NCBI GenBank assembly: GCA_965644495.1
Contig: CBFFSA010000044.1
Span: 1-64,000 of the forward strand
DNA: 64,000 nt
Source of the DNA: Perkinsela sp. CCAP 1560/9
Lineage: Eukaryota > Protista > Euglenozoa: Kinetoplastea
Direction of reading: 5' to 3'
A program made the position numbers and the translations under genes. This document shows, piece after piece, positions 54,435 through 64,000 of this stretch. Under the pieces are notes generated by a model. That model worked only from the letters and a program-made list of their open reading frames with translations. It did not search any database and was not told where the DNA came from. Position 1 is the first letter of the stretch. Each line of letters starts with the position of its first letter.

Positions 54435-54465
<31 letters not shown>

Positions 54466-54727
54466 GTATAACAAGGGAAAGGTCCACAAGTCAGGCCGTG
54501 GAGAGGTCGAAAGACCCGGTCCGGAACGCGCGAATGGTTGAGGAGCCGCCTGCAGGCCGGGTGAGGCGAAGCTGAGGGAGACCTTACCCCCCCTGAAAAG
54601 TTGAAAAGTTGGGTAGGGGAAAGCAGGAAAGTAGGGAGAAAGGTGGGAAAAGTATGTCAAGAGGTGAGAAAGAGGAGAAAGAGAGAGAAAAATTTTCTTT
54701 ATTTGCATAAAAACAAAAAAAAAAAAA
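54466..54727 (+). mobile_element. 3'-UTR fragment of a further family (3' part of the structured RNA, purine-rich tail, A run)
   Basis: Contains CAGGCCGTGGAGAGGTCGAAAGACCCGGTCCGGAACGCGCGAATGG and a B-like CCTTACCC..GGGTAGGG hairpin. Confidence 0.8.
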
Positions 54728-54844
54728 GAGGAAAAATCTTTTAAATCTCTTAAAAAATCTTTAACGATAAAGATACAGTTTCTGTACCTTGTTGAATTAT
54801 TTTTCTTCATTTCAATTACTTTTCAGGCACGAGCCTCCCCCCCT

Positions 54845-57800
54845 ATGCCCGACGCCGACAAAACGACGACCCATTCCACGACACACCCCGAAGCAAAGCG
54901 AGAATCAAACTTTGGTGACGAGGCCGCCTCACACGAATTGGGTTCTTGGGATCAATTTGAAGCGAACAAACACCTCACGATCGGGGAAAGCACATATGAT
55001 GAGGCGCTGTATACTACTAAACTTCCTGACGATCTTCCGCCGGAATTGACACAGCGATCCGAAGAAATCGCTCGAAGTATCATCAAATCGCGCGCAGGCC
55101 CTACACCAGATACGGGGAACGTTGAAGGAATGTCGGAAGCGGATGTTCACTCCAATGTTCGTCATGATGAGGAATTAAACTCTGTTCTCAAGTTCTCCGG
55201 ACTAGGAACCTCTTCACCCAGCCAACTCACGATTTCAAATCAGGCTGTGAAAGGGAAATATCTCCGAAAAACTAATCAGAATGGTTACAACTATGACGAG
55301 CAAAGAGTCATTTTCCCTGACCTCACGCCACAGGACCTGGATTTTACTGTCAGCAGAAGCCCTGGAGGCCGAAAAAAGAAAAAGCACCCCAAGAGCGACC
55401 GTCACTCCCGAGTAGACCTAGAGTCCGAAACCGACAGTGGAGATGGTGCAGTCCCAGAATGCCCTCCCAACGACAGCGCTTCTGAATCCCCAGATGGAAA
55501 ACGCAAGCGTCGCGAGCTTACCACCGAAACGGCCAATGGCTTATCGACCGCAAATGTGACGACGGACACCCAACAGACCAAAGAGCGAAACTGTCCAGTG
55601 GAGACGTGTACATGGAAGACGGGGCCACACGGTGGCCAATGGCGAGCTTTTTATAACCATGTTGCCCACAAGCACTGGGAGGAAGTCTCAGACTCTTGGT
55701 GGACAGGGGAAGGGAGATTTCTGTGTGTAAAATGCTGCAGGCACTATGACTTAGGAAAGCAAGAATCCCATGAGAAACATTGCGAGTTTCAACTCTCACC
55801 CTCTCAACTCTCACGCTCTCGAGAACAGAAAGCACCCGTTGCCCCTACCAATTCTGCAACCACTACTCCCTCAGAGCGCGCCGCCCAAACCGAAGTCGCC
55901 ACCTTACCTGCACAGACAGCCGCTGACCTAGAGGCCAAGAATGGAAAGATGAGTATCGACGAACCTCTGCCGCCCCTAGCCTCCATATGCTCCGCGCCTA
56001 TCAACACCTGCAAGGATATTCCAAACAGTTGCCGACAAGCATGGGCCAAAATATTCTGCGAATATCTATCCTCAGCTGTCCGGGAAAACACGACTAAGGC
56101 TTGGACGCTCCTTGCAATGTTGCCAAAGTGTGTGTTGCCGGCCCCAAGGCGCGGAGGTCATAGGGCGAAAACTTCTTACGCTTCACACGTCCGGAAATGT
56201 CTAGCCAAATGGTCGTCAAAACAATATCTATCACTTTGGAACGAAACATGTAAGACTTTGAATCGTAAGAAACGTGCTGCGCAAGCAACAAGCCTAGAAG
56301 ACGAGGGGAAGAAAGCGTGTCTTCGCGCGGAGCGACTGGCCCGCGACGGAGAACTTTCTCGCGCCATGACCGCACTGACTTCTTCGCCGCTAGCACCAGA
56401 CGACGACAACACGTACGCCAAACTTCAGGCCAAACACCCCCCACGAATCTCCGCATCCACAACATCCCCCAGCTTAACTCCGGAAACAGAACCACTCAAA
56501 GTCACCGAGGAAGAAGTCGCAGCTGCGCTCTCAACCTTCCACAGAGGATCATCAGGTGGCGCACTTTGCCTCCGCCCAGAACACGTGCAAGCGGCAATGC
56601 AATATCACAATGACGGGCACACAAATCCACTGGGCAAGCTCACAAATTTCACCAACCATATGCTCGCTGGGAAGTTACCACTCGACGTTCAAGACCACTT
56701 TGCCGGAGGAAGGCTATGTGCTTTGGAAAAGGGAGAACACGACGTGCGCCCAATAGCCGCTGGAGAAACGCTCCGCCGTCTGGTGAGTAAAGTGGCCTGC
56801 CTATCAGTAAAAGCGCGAGCCCGCAAAATTTTCAAAGGCCACCAGTACGGGGTAGCCACGCCCGCCGGGGCCGAGCGAGTTATACATCTGTGTCGCCAGG
56901 CCTTTGCTGCTCGCACGGAAGATGACGACTTTGTTCTCTGTAAAATCGACCTACGTAATGCCTTCAACCAAGTTTCAAGGGACTGGTTCATAGCACTAAC
57001 ACGCGAGCATTTCCCCACGCTTACTCCTTACGTCGAATGGTGCTACACTTCGGAAAGTAAGCTTACCTTTGGAACACGCGTTATTAAATCTCGTGAGGGT
57101 GTCCAGCAAGGGGACCCTTTGGGCCCTCTTCTTTTCTCGTTAGTCATGAGGGAAGTCGCCTCAGAAATTCACGCAGCAGCCCCCAAATTAGACCTAAACC
57201 TCTGGTACCTGGATGATGGAGTTTTGGCTGGCACTTCCTGTGATGTGCGACACGCGTTCGACGTTATCGAAATGAAGGGTCCACAATGGGGCCTACACCT
57301 CAACGCTGCAAAATGTGAGATTATTACCCACCCAGCATCTTCTCATCGTTCTTCTGTTTTTCCCGATCTCCCTGGCCCTAACAAAAACCTCGAAGGCAAT
57401 TTTTACATTCTGGGAAGCCCCGTTGGATCGCCAGAGTTTTGTCGTGAATATCTCGTCAACAATGCAGTCGAAATGGCAGAAGATTCTCTGGACGCTATAA
57501 CGCACCTCGAAGACCCCCAGGTTGCCTTATCCCTCATTCGTCACTGCACTGGCTTCTGCCAGATGGTTTACTCCCTACGAACAACCCCAACATCTGAACT
57601 TCGGGATCTCTGTCGGCGCTTGGACGACGCCGTGCAACGCGCGGTAGAGAATTTTTTCCGTCCTCTGACCCCCGAGGCCCGCCGTCAAACACAACGAAAC
57701 AAGCGATTTGGCGGGTTAGGACTCCGTTCCGCGGAAGAGCACTCTACTTCAGCCTATATCGCCTCTGTCGCATTTGCATCGGAGCTAGATCGCTGGGACC

Positions 57801-59253
57801 CCACGGAGGCAGAAGGTTTCGAAGAAGCCGTAAGCGATGTCAATAAAAGGGTGGGGAAAGACATCGTAGACATTCAATCAGGGAGAATACCGAAAGGTTT
57901 CGCCTTGTCATCCACTCCGCCTTTCAGTAAACGTGGCATTACAGAATCCAGCACCGAATCAGTAATCCCTCGGCAACGAGATCTAAGCGATGCAATCTCA
58001 TCTCACGAGTTTCATCAAGCACTCTCCCTCGCTGACCCACGTACGAGGGCTCGATGGATTTCGGAAACGGGGCACGGAGCAGCAGAATGGGCTTTTGTAT
58101 TGCCGTCGAAAAAGAACGGCCACGCTTATACCCCAACCGAGTTTCGGACTCTGGTACGTTGGTGGCTAGGGGAGCAAATATATCCGGGTCCCCGATCTTG
58201 TCCCATGGAGAAGTGCACCCAACCGTTGGGTCCTGAGGGCGATCACGCATTGGCTTGCAAAAGTGGACATGGTATCACCTCGCGGCATAATGCCCTGGCC
58301 GCAGAATTTTCTTCTGAATGTTCTAAGGCTGGGTTCACTACCCAGAGGGAAATGAGCTTGGGAAACAAGGGGCCGGGGGGCGCCCTCACCAGGCCTGGTG
58401 ATGTCTAATAGTTCACGTTTTGAAATTTAGCCGAGGGGCGGCTATATATTTGCCTGCTGTCCCTTCGGGGCACATAATTTTCTCAAATTATGATGTAGTA
58501 TTCTCTAATTGCATGGAGGGGGGTGTTTACTCGTTTGTTATATTCTTGTTAGGTTGTTATTTTGTTACGTTTAAAGTTTTGTGCCCACCCACCGAGCCCC
58601 CAGCCATTTGGCCGAGGGTTCCGGTGGGGGGGAACCCCGTTAACAGAGTGACATTGATTGTGTTGTTTTATGCAGGCTTGTTTCTTTTCCATCTTTGTGC
58701 GTGTGAAATGAATGAATGATATGTTGTGTCATTTTGAATTACGATTGAGCTATTCATAGTTGTTCATTTATTCATATATGTTATCAGTGTATATGTTTCC
58801 AGGGAGCCCCTCGGCGTGGATTTCTTCATCAAAAATTTCGGGCTTGGCGAGGGTCTTGTGCTTGACTTTGCCGTCACCCATGTACAGCAACAAAAATATA
58901 CGGACTCAGTCCGTGACGCTAACGGGGTGACGGCCGGGTCATTTGCGGAGCGCTATGCTACCGAGAACAAGAGAAGACAACGGGAAGAGGCTAACACGGC
59001 TGGGTACAAGTTCGCGGCAATGGTAGTAGAGTCCTATGGCGCCTGGAGTCCCAGCGCCATGGCGGTTCTTAGGGAAATTTCAACTAGAAAGATGGCGAAC
59101 TCAGGGGATACCCTCCCTAAAAGCGATGCCTTGCATCACCTCCTTTCATCTCTCAACATTACCCTCATGAGGTCGCAAGCTCGCATGCTTGTATTACGAT
59201 CCCCAGCGGCGGTCCCTGACACAGTGCTCTTAGGTTACGGAAAAGAGGAGTAG
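54845..59253 (+). pseudogene. Family E polyprotein ORF interrupted by a 419-bp insertion
   Basis: Removing 58406-58824 restores in-frame RPGDV|FIKNFGLGEGLVLDFAVTH. Confidence 0.88.
58406..58824. other. 419-bp foreign T-rich insertion
   Basis: Absent from the other families' RLE motif; flanked by GATGTC / GATTTC. Confidence 0.85.
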
Positions 59254-59501
59254 GAGCTCAGTAGGAAAGTGAAGGAGTCGGTGTCAAGGGAGGAGGCCTC
59301 GTTTCTATTTGCTGGTTTTCTCGGGTGGTTTCTTTTTGGGGCTTCGTTTCTTTTTGGGTATTCGTTTTTTGGGGAAGGTTTTTTTTGGGGGTGGGAACGG
59401 GTTCTTATTTGCTGTTTTTTGGGCCGTTTGCTCGGTTGAACATTCTTTTACTTTTCGTACAGTTGCTTGTTTCTATTCTGAGCCTAACTTTAAAAAAAAA
59501 A

Positions 59502-59629
59502 ATGTGAAATTGCTAATTTGATTGCTTGTTTACAAATCATATACCCCCCCCAATGGACCTACTTGGTTCGTCTACTGAGTAAAAATATAGAGGCAATGCC
59601 GCGTTTTATACTTCTCCCCCCTATTTATT

Positions 59630-59663
<34 letters not shown>
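59502..59663 (+). mobile_element. Isolated A/C-type 3'-terminal module with poly(A)
   Basis: Matches ~5351-5470; absent after the other E 3' end (~810). Confidence 0.85.
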
Positions 59664-59664
<1 letters not shown>

Positions 59665-62600
59665 GATAAAGATAAAAAGCTAAATACTTTAACGATAAAG
59701 ATACAGTTTCTGTACCTTGTTGAAATTTTTTTTTACGTAGTATTCTCTCGGGGCCCAGCTCTTTTATGACGCAAACCAATACTCCTCAGAGCCCCGCACG
59801 CTCGAACGAGGACCACCCCTCATTCCATATGAGTGCAAAGGAAGGAGCTCTCAGCGTAGGCGCTCTCGCCGACGAAGAACGTGCGCACTCTCTCGGCAGT
59901 TGGGACCAATTCCAAGGAAACAAGCATTTGATTCGCGCTGTCAGCACATACGACGAACAACTCTACACTACACCAATCCCGGCGAATATTCCTAAGGAAT
60001 GGTTGGAACGCGCACGTCACATCTCCCAGGAAAAGGAAACCCCAGACACGGGCCACGTAGAGGCCGAAGACGAGGAGATGCAGCACTGTGGGGTGAGAAG
60101 GCAGAAAATTACTCACGAGGCTACACCCACATCAAAGATCCCCGATGAAGCTCGGACGCTCAAATCCGCAGTGAAGGATGCTCTTTCCCACCAAGGTCGA
60201 AACACTTCCCCATCGAAAGGAGTGACCAAAGCGGACTCGCGCTCGTCAAGGCGAACACCGGAGCCCCGGACATATTTCTCTTCACCGCGACACGCCGCAA
60301 ACCAAAATAACTTCGCTGAAAAGACACAAACAAGAGAAGAGACTCGGGAATGTCCGGCCATGGGATGCACTTGGAGAAGTCTGCCGCACGGAGGGTCTTG
60401 GCAAGCGTTTTATAACCACGTCGCGTGTCGCCACGGAAACGGAGTTCCCGCTACCTGGTGGGATGCAGAAGGCCGATTTCTTTGCAACTTATGCGGGCGC
60501 CATTATGACATCAACAAAAGGGAAGCTCATCCACAAGCCTGCAAAGGGAACGTTGCGAACCCCCAAATCCCATCGCGCGCAGCACACTCGAGCGACCCAA
60601 GCCACCTTCCGGGGACTCAAACTCATCACTCTGAACTTCCCTCGCTATCCTCTATCTGCACGCTGCGCCTGAACACTTGCAAGGACGTGCCTCCACGTTG
60701 CCGTCAACTGTGGGGAGAAATTATCACCAAAGCAGCCCAAAACGCAGTCACCGAAAACTCTACAGCCGCGTGGACCCTATTCGCCATGCTCCCCAAGTGC
60801 TTACTACCCGCCCCACACCGAGGAGGACGTAAGAACCACACAACTTACGCATCATACGTCCAGAAGTGCATGAACCGATGGCTCGCGCAAGATTATGTCT
60901 CCCTATGGAATGAAGCAGTAGACAACGCACTCAAGAAACAATCTGTAGCCCCTACAACCGTTCACGACGAAGAGGAAAAGGCAGCTATCCGAGCAGAGCT
61001 TCTAGCTCGACAAGGCGAGTACTCTAGGGGTATGGCTGCACTCACGGCGGATGCTATGGCGCCTGACGACGAAGACACACTCCTCAAACTTCAGAGCAAG
61101 CACCCGCCCCGACATCCAGACAGTGACATCATCGACTATACGCCTCCGCCCACAGCGCCCCTAATAATGGATGAACCCGTGGTAGCGAAAACTATCAAGA
61201 GCTTTCACCGGGGTTCCTCGTCCGGAACCATGGGTTTACGACCCGAGCACTTGCAAGCTGTACTCCTGGCGCACGTAGATAACACCGTGAAACCCCTTAC
61301 TTCCCTTAAAAACCTCGTGAATCATCTACTAGCCGGGAAAGCACCCCTAGAGGTACAACCATATTTTGCGGGAGCCAGACTTTGCGCGCTTGAAAAGGGC
61401 GAAAATGACGTCCGCCCCATAGCAGCGGGAGAAACGATACGTCGATTGGTAAGCAAAGCGGCTTGCAATGCAGTGAGGAGCAAAGCCAGGGAATTTTTTA
61501 AGGGACTACAGTTCGGCGTCGCGACACCGGCCGGTTCGGAACGAATAATTCACACTTGCCGGCACGCAATGACAATTCATACGGACAACCCCGACATGGT
61601 ATTATGTAAAGTCGACCTAAGCAACGCATTCAACAACGTTAGCAGAGCAACTTTCTTGAAACTTGTAGGCGAACATTTTCCGGAATTGTTCCCCTGGGCT
61701 AGCTGGTGCTATACGACAACTAGTGCTTTGACCTATCGTGACCACACACTCCTTTCGGATGAAGGCGTCCAACAGGGCGATCCCCTGGGACCACTTTTCT
61801 TTTCACTGGTCTCCTTGGAACTTGCAAAAGAAATCTATCACCAGGCCGACCTGGACTTGCAGCTATGGTACCTAGACGACGGGATTCTCATTGGCAGGGC
61901 AGAAGACGTCAGGAATTCGTTGGATACAATCGCCAGAGTAGGTCCGCGATGGGGCCTATATCTGAACATGTCCAAGTGCGAAATAATCACCCCCCCTGCC
62001 TCGGCTAACGTTGTAACCATATTTCCGGACATACCCGACGCCAAAATAAACGTGTGCGGTAACTTTAGTGTCCTAGGAAGCCCAATTGGGTCCCCTGAGT
62101 ACTGTACTGAATATCTGCTGACACACGCGGTTGAGCCCGCTGAAATGGCCCTTGATGCCATAACCAGAATCCGGGACCCCCAGGTAGCCATGGCGCTAAT
62201 TCGACAATGTGCTGGATTCTGCAAATTGGTACATGCTCTACGAACGACGCCCCCGCAATCAGTTATGAACCTCTGCAAGCGGCTCGACGACTTCCTAATG
62301 CACGCGGTCGAATCCACTCTATGTCCTTTGCCTCCCTCCGCACGCGCCCAAATTCAGCGCTTGAAAAGACACGGAGGTTTCGGTTTAAAATCGGCGACCG
62401 TGCACGCATCCTCCGCTTACGCCTCCTCTGTAGTTTTCGCGGCGGCCACGGACTCATGGGATGCTTCAGAAGTGGAGGGCTTTCTACAATCGATTGAAGA
62501 CGTGAATTCGAAAGTTGGTATCAGTCTACTCGACTCAAACGGACTCGTGCGTTCCATCCCGCGCCATAAATGTGAAGAACTCTCCCCCAAAGCTCGCTTC

Positions 62601-64000
62601 ACCAAGAGATCTCGCGAGGGAGAAACCAGACATCCCTTTGAACCCGCAAATCCGCCTTCCCTTCCTCGTGACCGCGCATTGCCTCATTCCGAAGACTTTC
62701 CACACGATACAAACCCCCTTTACGCATCCGAAGATTGCGTTGACGCGCAGCCACCCGACTGGGCAAGTAATAGCGTCCCCCGCCAAAAAGACATAAGTTA
62801 CGCGATCTCTGCCACAGAGTTCTCGCACGCATATGAAAACGCCGACGCCCGGACTCGCGCACGCTGGGCTTCTCAGTGTGGTAAAGGAGCAAGCAGTTGG
62901 GCGTTCGTAACTCCTTCCAGAGACACGGGCCACGCCTTTAACCCCACAGAATTCCGCATCCTATCCCGCTGGTGGTTAGGTGTGCCCGTGTACGGGGAAG
63001 AAGGTACATGTCCCAAGGGGAACTGCACACTCCCATTGGACATACACGGCGATCACGCTCTCACATGCAAGCACGGGGACGGTATCATCGGCCGTCACAA
63101 CGCCTTGGCCGATCACTTTGCCGATACTTGCAGTAACGCACGCCTAGCTCCCCAACGGGAAAAAAGCCTCGGGAACCGGGGCCCCGGAGGCGCTCTGACT
63201 AGGCCCGGGGACGTCTTCCTTCCGAGTCTCTTCCTCGGGAAACCTATCGTGCTTGACTTCGCGGTCACTCACGCCCAGCAATCTAAATACACGGACACAG
63301 TCCGAAATGCTAGCTGGGTGGCCGCGGGGTCCTTCGCAGAGCATTATGCCTCAGAGCAGAAAGTCCGACAACGCCGTGAATCTGAAGATGCCGGAAGCGA
63401 TTTCACAGCTATGGTGGTCGAGAGCTATGGCTCTTGGAGTGCCAGTGCTTTAGCCGTTCTCCGGAAGGTTGGAGAACGAAGGGCAAAAGCGTCCAACGGT
63501 ATCTTGACAGACGAGGCCTCTACGCTCCGTCTCGTGACCGACATGAACGTAACATTGATGCGTTGCCAGGCACGCATGATGATTACGCGCCTGCCGGCTG
63601 TGGACCCCTTGCCCCCTTTAATCGAGCAATAGCACGATGACGGATGTGCAAGATGGGCCGCTCAGCCGGAACTCGAACAGCTGGTCCGGATGCTGGTCGA
63701 TGCCGGCAGGGTCTATGCTCACGCCTAGTCCGCCAGGGCTAGGTACTCCAAGTGAGGTAGGACATGGGTAGGGAACTTTGTTCCTCCCCGTCGGCCAGCA
63801 TCATGCTCCGCGACCGTGCCGCTGTCGGCACAGGCCCATTGCTTGCGCCCTCTCGTACAACAAGAGAAGGGTTACCAAGGCAAGCTGGGAGAGGTCGAAA
63901 GACCCGGTCCGGAACGCGCGAATGGTTCGGGGAAAGTCTGCCCCTCCTAGCCGAGGGAGACCTTACCCTCCCTGGAAAGCTGGTAAGATTGGTAAGGGGA
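59664..64000 (+). mobile_element. Family B copy with intact ORF, 3' UTR running off the window (SL 59686-59722; structured RNA ~63688-63927)
   Basis: Near-identical to 5488-9830. Confidence 0.95.
59766..63632 (+). CDS. Family B polyprotein (1288 aa)
   Basis: Intact ORF with a few substitutions relative to 5589-9455. Confidence 0.95.
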   Translation: MTQTNTPQSPARSNEDHPSFHMSAKEGALSVGALADEERAHSLGSWDQFQGNKHLIRAVSTYDEQLYTTPIPANIPKEWLERARHISQEKETPDTGHVEAEDEEMQHCGVRRQKITHEATPTSKIPDEARTLKSAVKDALSHQGRNTSPSKGVTKADSRSSRRTPEPRTYFSSPRHAANQNNFAEKTQTREETRECPAMGCTWRSLPHGGSWQAFYNHVACRHGNGVPATWWDAEGRFLCNLCGRHYDINKREAHPQACKGNVANPQIPSRAAHSSDPSHLPGTQTHHSELPSLSSICTLRLNTCKDVPPRCRQLWGEIITKAAQNAVTENSTAAWTLFAMLPKCLLPAPHRGGRKNHTTYASYVQKCMNRWLAQDYVSLWNEAVDNALKKQSVAPTTVHDEEEKAAIRAELLARQGEYSRGMAALTADAMAPDDEDTLLKLQSKHPPRHPDSDIIDYTPPPTAPLIMDEPVVAKTIKSFHRGSSSGTMGLRPEHLQAVLLAHVDNTVKPLTSLKNLVNHLLAGKAPLEVQPYFAGARLCALEKGENDVRPIAAGETIRRLVSKAACNAVRSKAREFFKGLQFGVATPAGSERIIHTCRHAMTIHTDNPDMVLCKVDLSNAFNNVSRATFLKLVGEHFPELFPWASWCYTTTSALTYRDHTLLSDEGVQQGDPLGPLFFSLVSLELAKEIYHQADLDLQLWYLDDGILIGRAEDVRNSLDTIARVGPRWGLYLNMSKCEIITPPASANVVTIFPDIPDAKINVCGNFSVLGSPIGSPEYCTEYLLTHAVEPAEMALDAITRIRDPQVAMALIRQCAGFCKLVHALRTTPPQSVMNLCKRLDDFLMHAVESTLCPLPPSARAQIQRLKRHGGFGLKSATVHASSAYASSVVFAAATDSWDASEVEGFLQSIEDVNSKVGISLLDSNGLVRSIPRHKCEELSPKARFTKRSREGETRHPFEPANPPSLPRDRALPHSEDFPHDTNPLYASEDCVDAQPPDWASNSVPRQKDISYAISATEFSHAYENADARTRARWASQCGKGASSWAFVTPSRDTGHAFNPTEFRILSRWWLGVPVYGEEGTCPKGNCTLPLDIHGDHALTCKHGDGIIGRHNALADHFADTCSNARLAPQREKSLGNRGPGGALTRPGDVFLPSLFLGKPIVLDFAVTHAQQSKYTDTVRNASWVAAGSFAEHYASEQKVRQRRESEDAGSDFTAMVVESYGSWSASALAVLRKVGERRAKASNGILTDEASTLRLVTDMNVTLMRCQARMMITRLPAVDPLPPLIEQ

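Larger units (their letters stand above)
54728..59502 (+). mobile_element. Full-length family E element interrupted in the endonuclease (SL 54759-54794)
   Basis: SL, LsmAD-like, ZnF, RT YLDD, CCHC, RLE; T-rich 3' UTR; A run 59492-59502. Confidence 0.93.

Noticed and set aside
58398-58802. Canonical GT-AG intron in family E
   Set aside because: Splicing from either nearby GT to the AG at 58801-58802 does not restore the reading frame.
1-64000. CRISPR array or bacterial RT system (retron, DGR, group II intron)
   Set aside because: The repeated SL is separated by kilobase elements, there are no cas genes, and poly(A) tails plus the RT-CCHC-RLE layout indicate eukaryotic non-LTR elements.
191-64000. 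Pure cDNA-library concatemer artefact
   Set aside because: Units are almost all retroelements rather than abundant housekeeping mRNAs, and nested insertions and copy-specific substitutions are present. Considered unlikely, but only reads can exclude it.

Overview
This is eukaryotic, almost certainly euglenozoan (kinetoplastid/diplonemid-type) DNA. It is built almost entirely from non-LTR retrotransposons of the restriction-like-endonuclease (RLE) type, most similar in architecture to the CRE/SLACS/CZAR clade: one ORF with C2H2 fingers, RT (YLDD/YQDD), a CCHC knuckle and a PD..D endonuclease. At least six families (my labels A-F) and fragments of relatives are joined head-to-tail. The poly(A) tail of one unit is fused either to a spliced-leader (SL) exon (ACTTTAACGATAAAGATACAGTTTCTGTACCTTGTTG) that starts the next full-length unit, or directly to a 5'-truncated unit. 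I see no target-site duplications and no SL RNA gene. Orientation is mostly + (1-18173), then - (18174-53502), then + (53503-64000). The pattern suggests concatemers of trans-spliced, polyadenylated RNAs made by serial RT template jumping or end-extension. Notable features: (i) an Ataxin-2/Pbp1 LsmAD-like domain at the N-terminus of families A, B, E and relatives; (ii) in family D, twin HFM1/Mer3-like Cys/His motifs plus a hydrophobic, membrane-like segment instead; (iii) a ~240-nt covarying structured RNA in the 3' UTRs; (iv) a shared, swappable 3'-terminal module; (v) stuttered and relict SL copies at junctions; (vi) a 10-bp terminal repeat at the window start. All family and domain assignments come from motif recognition by eye, not database searches.
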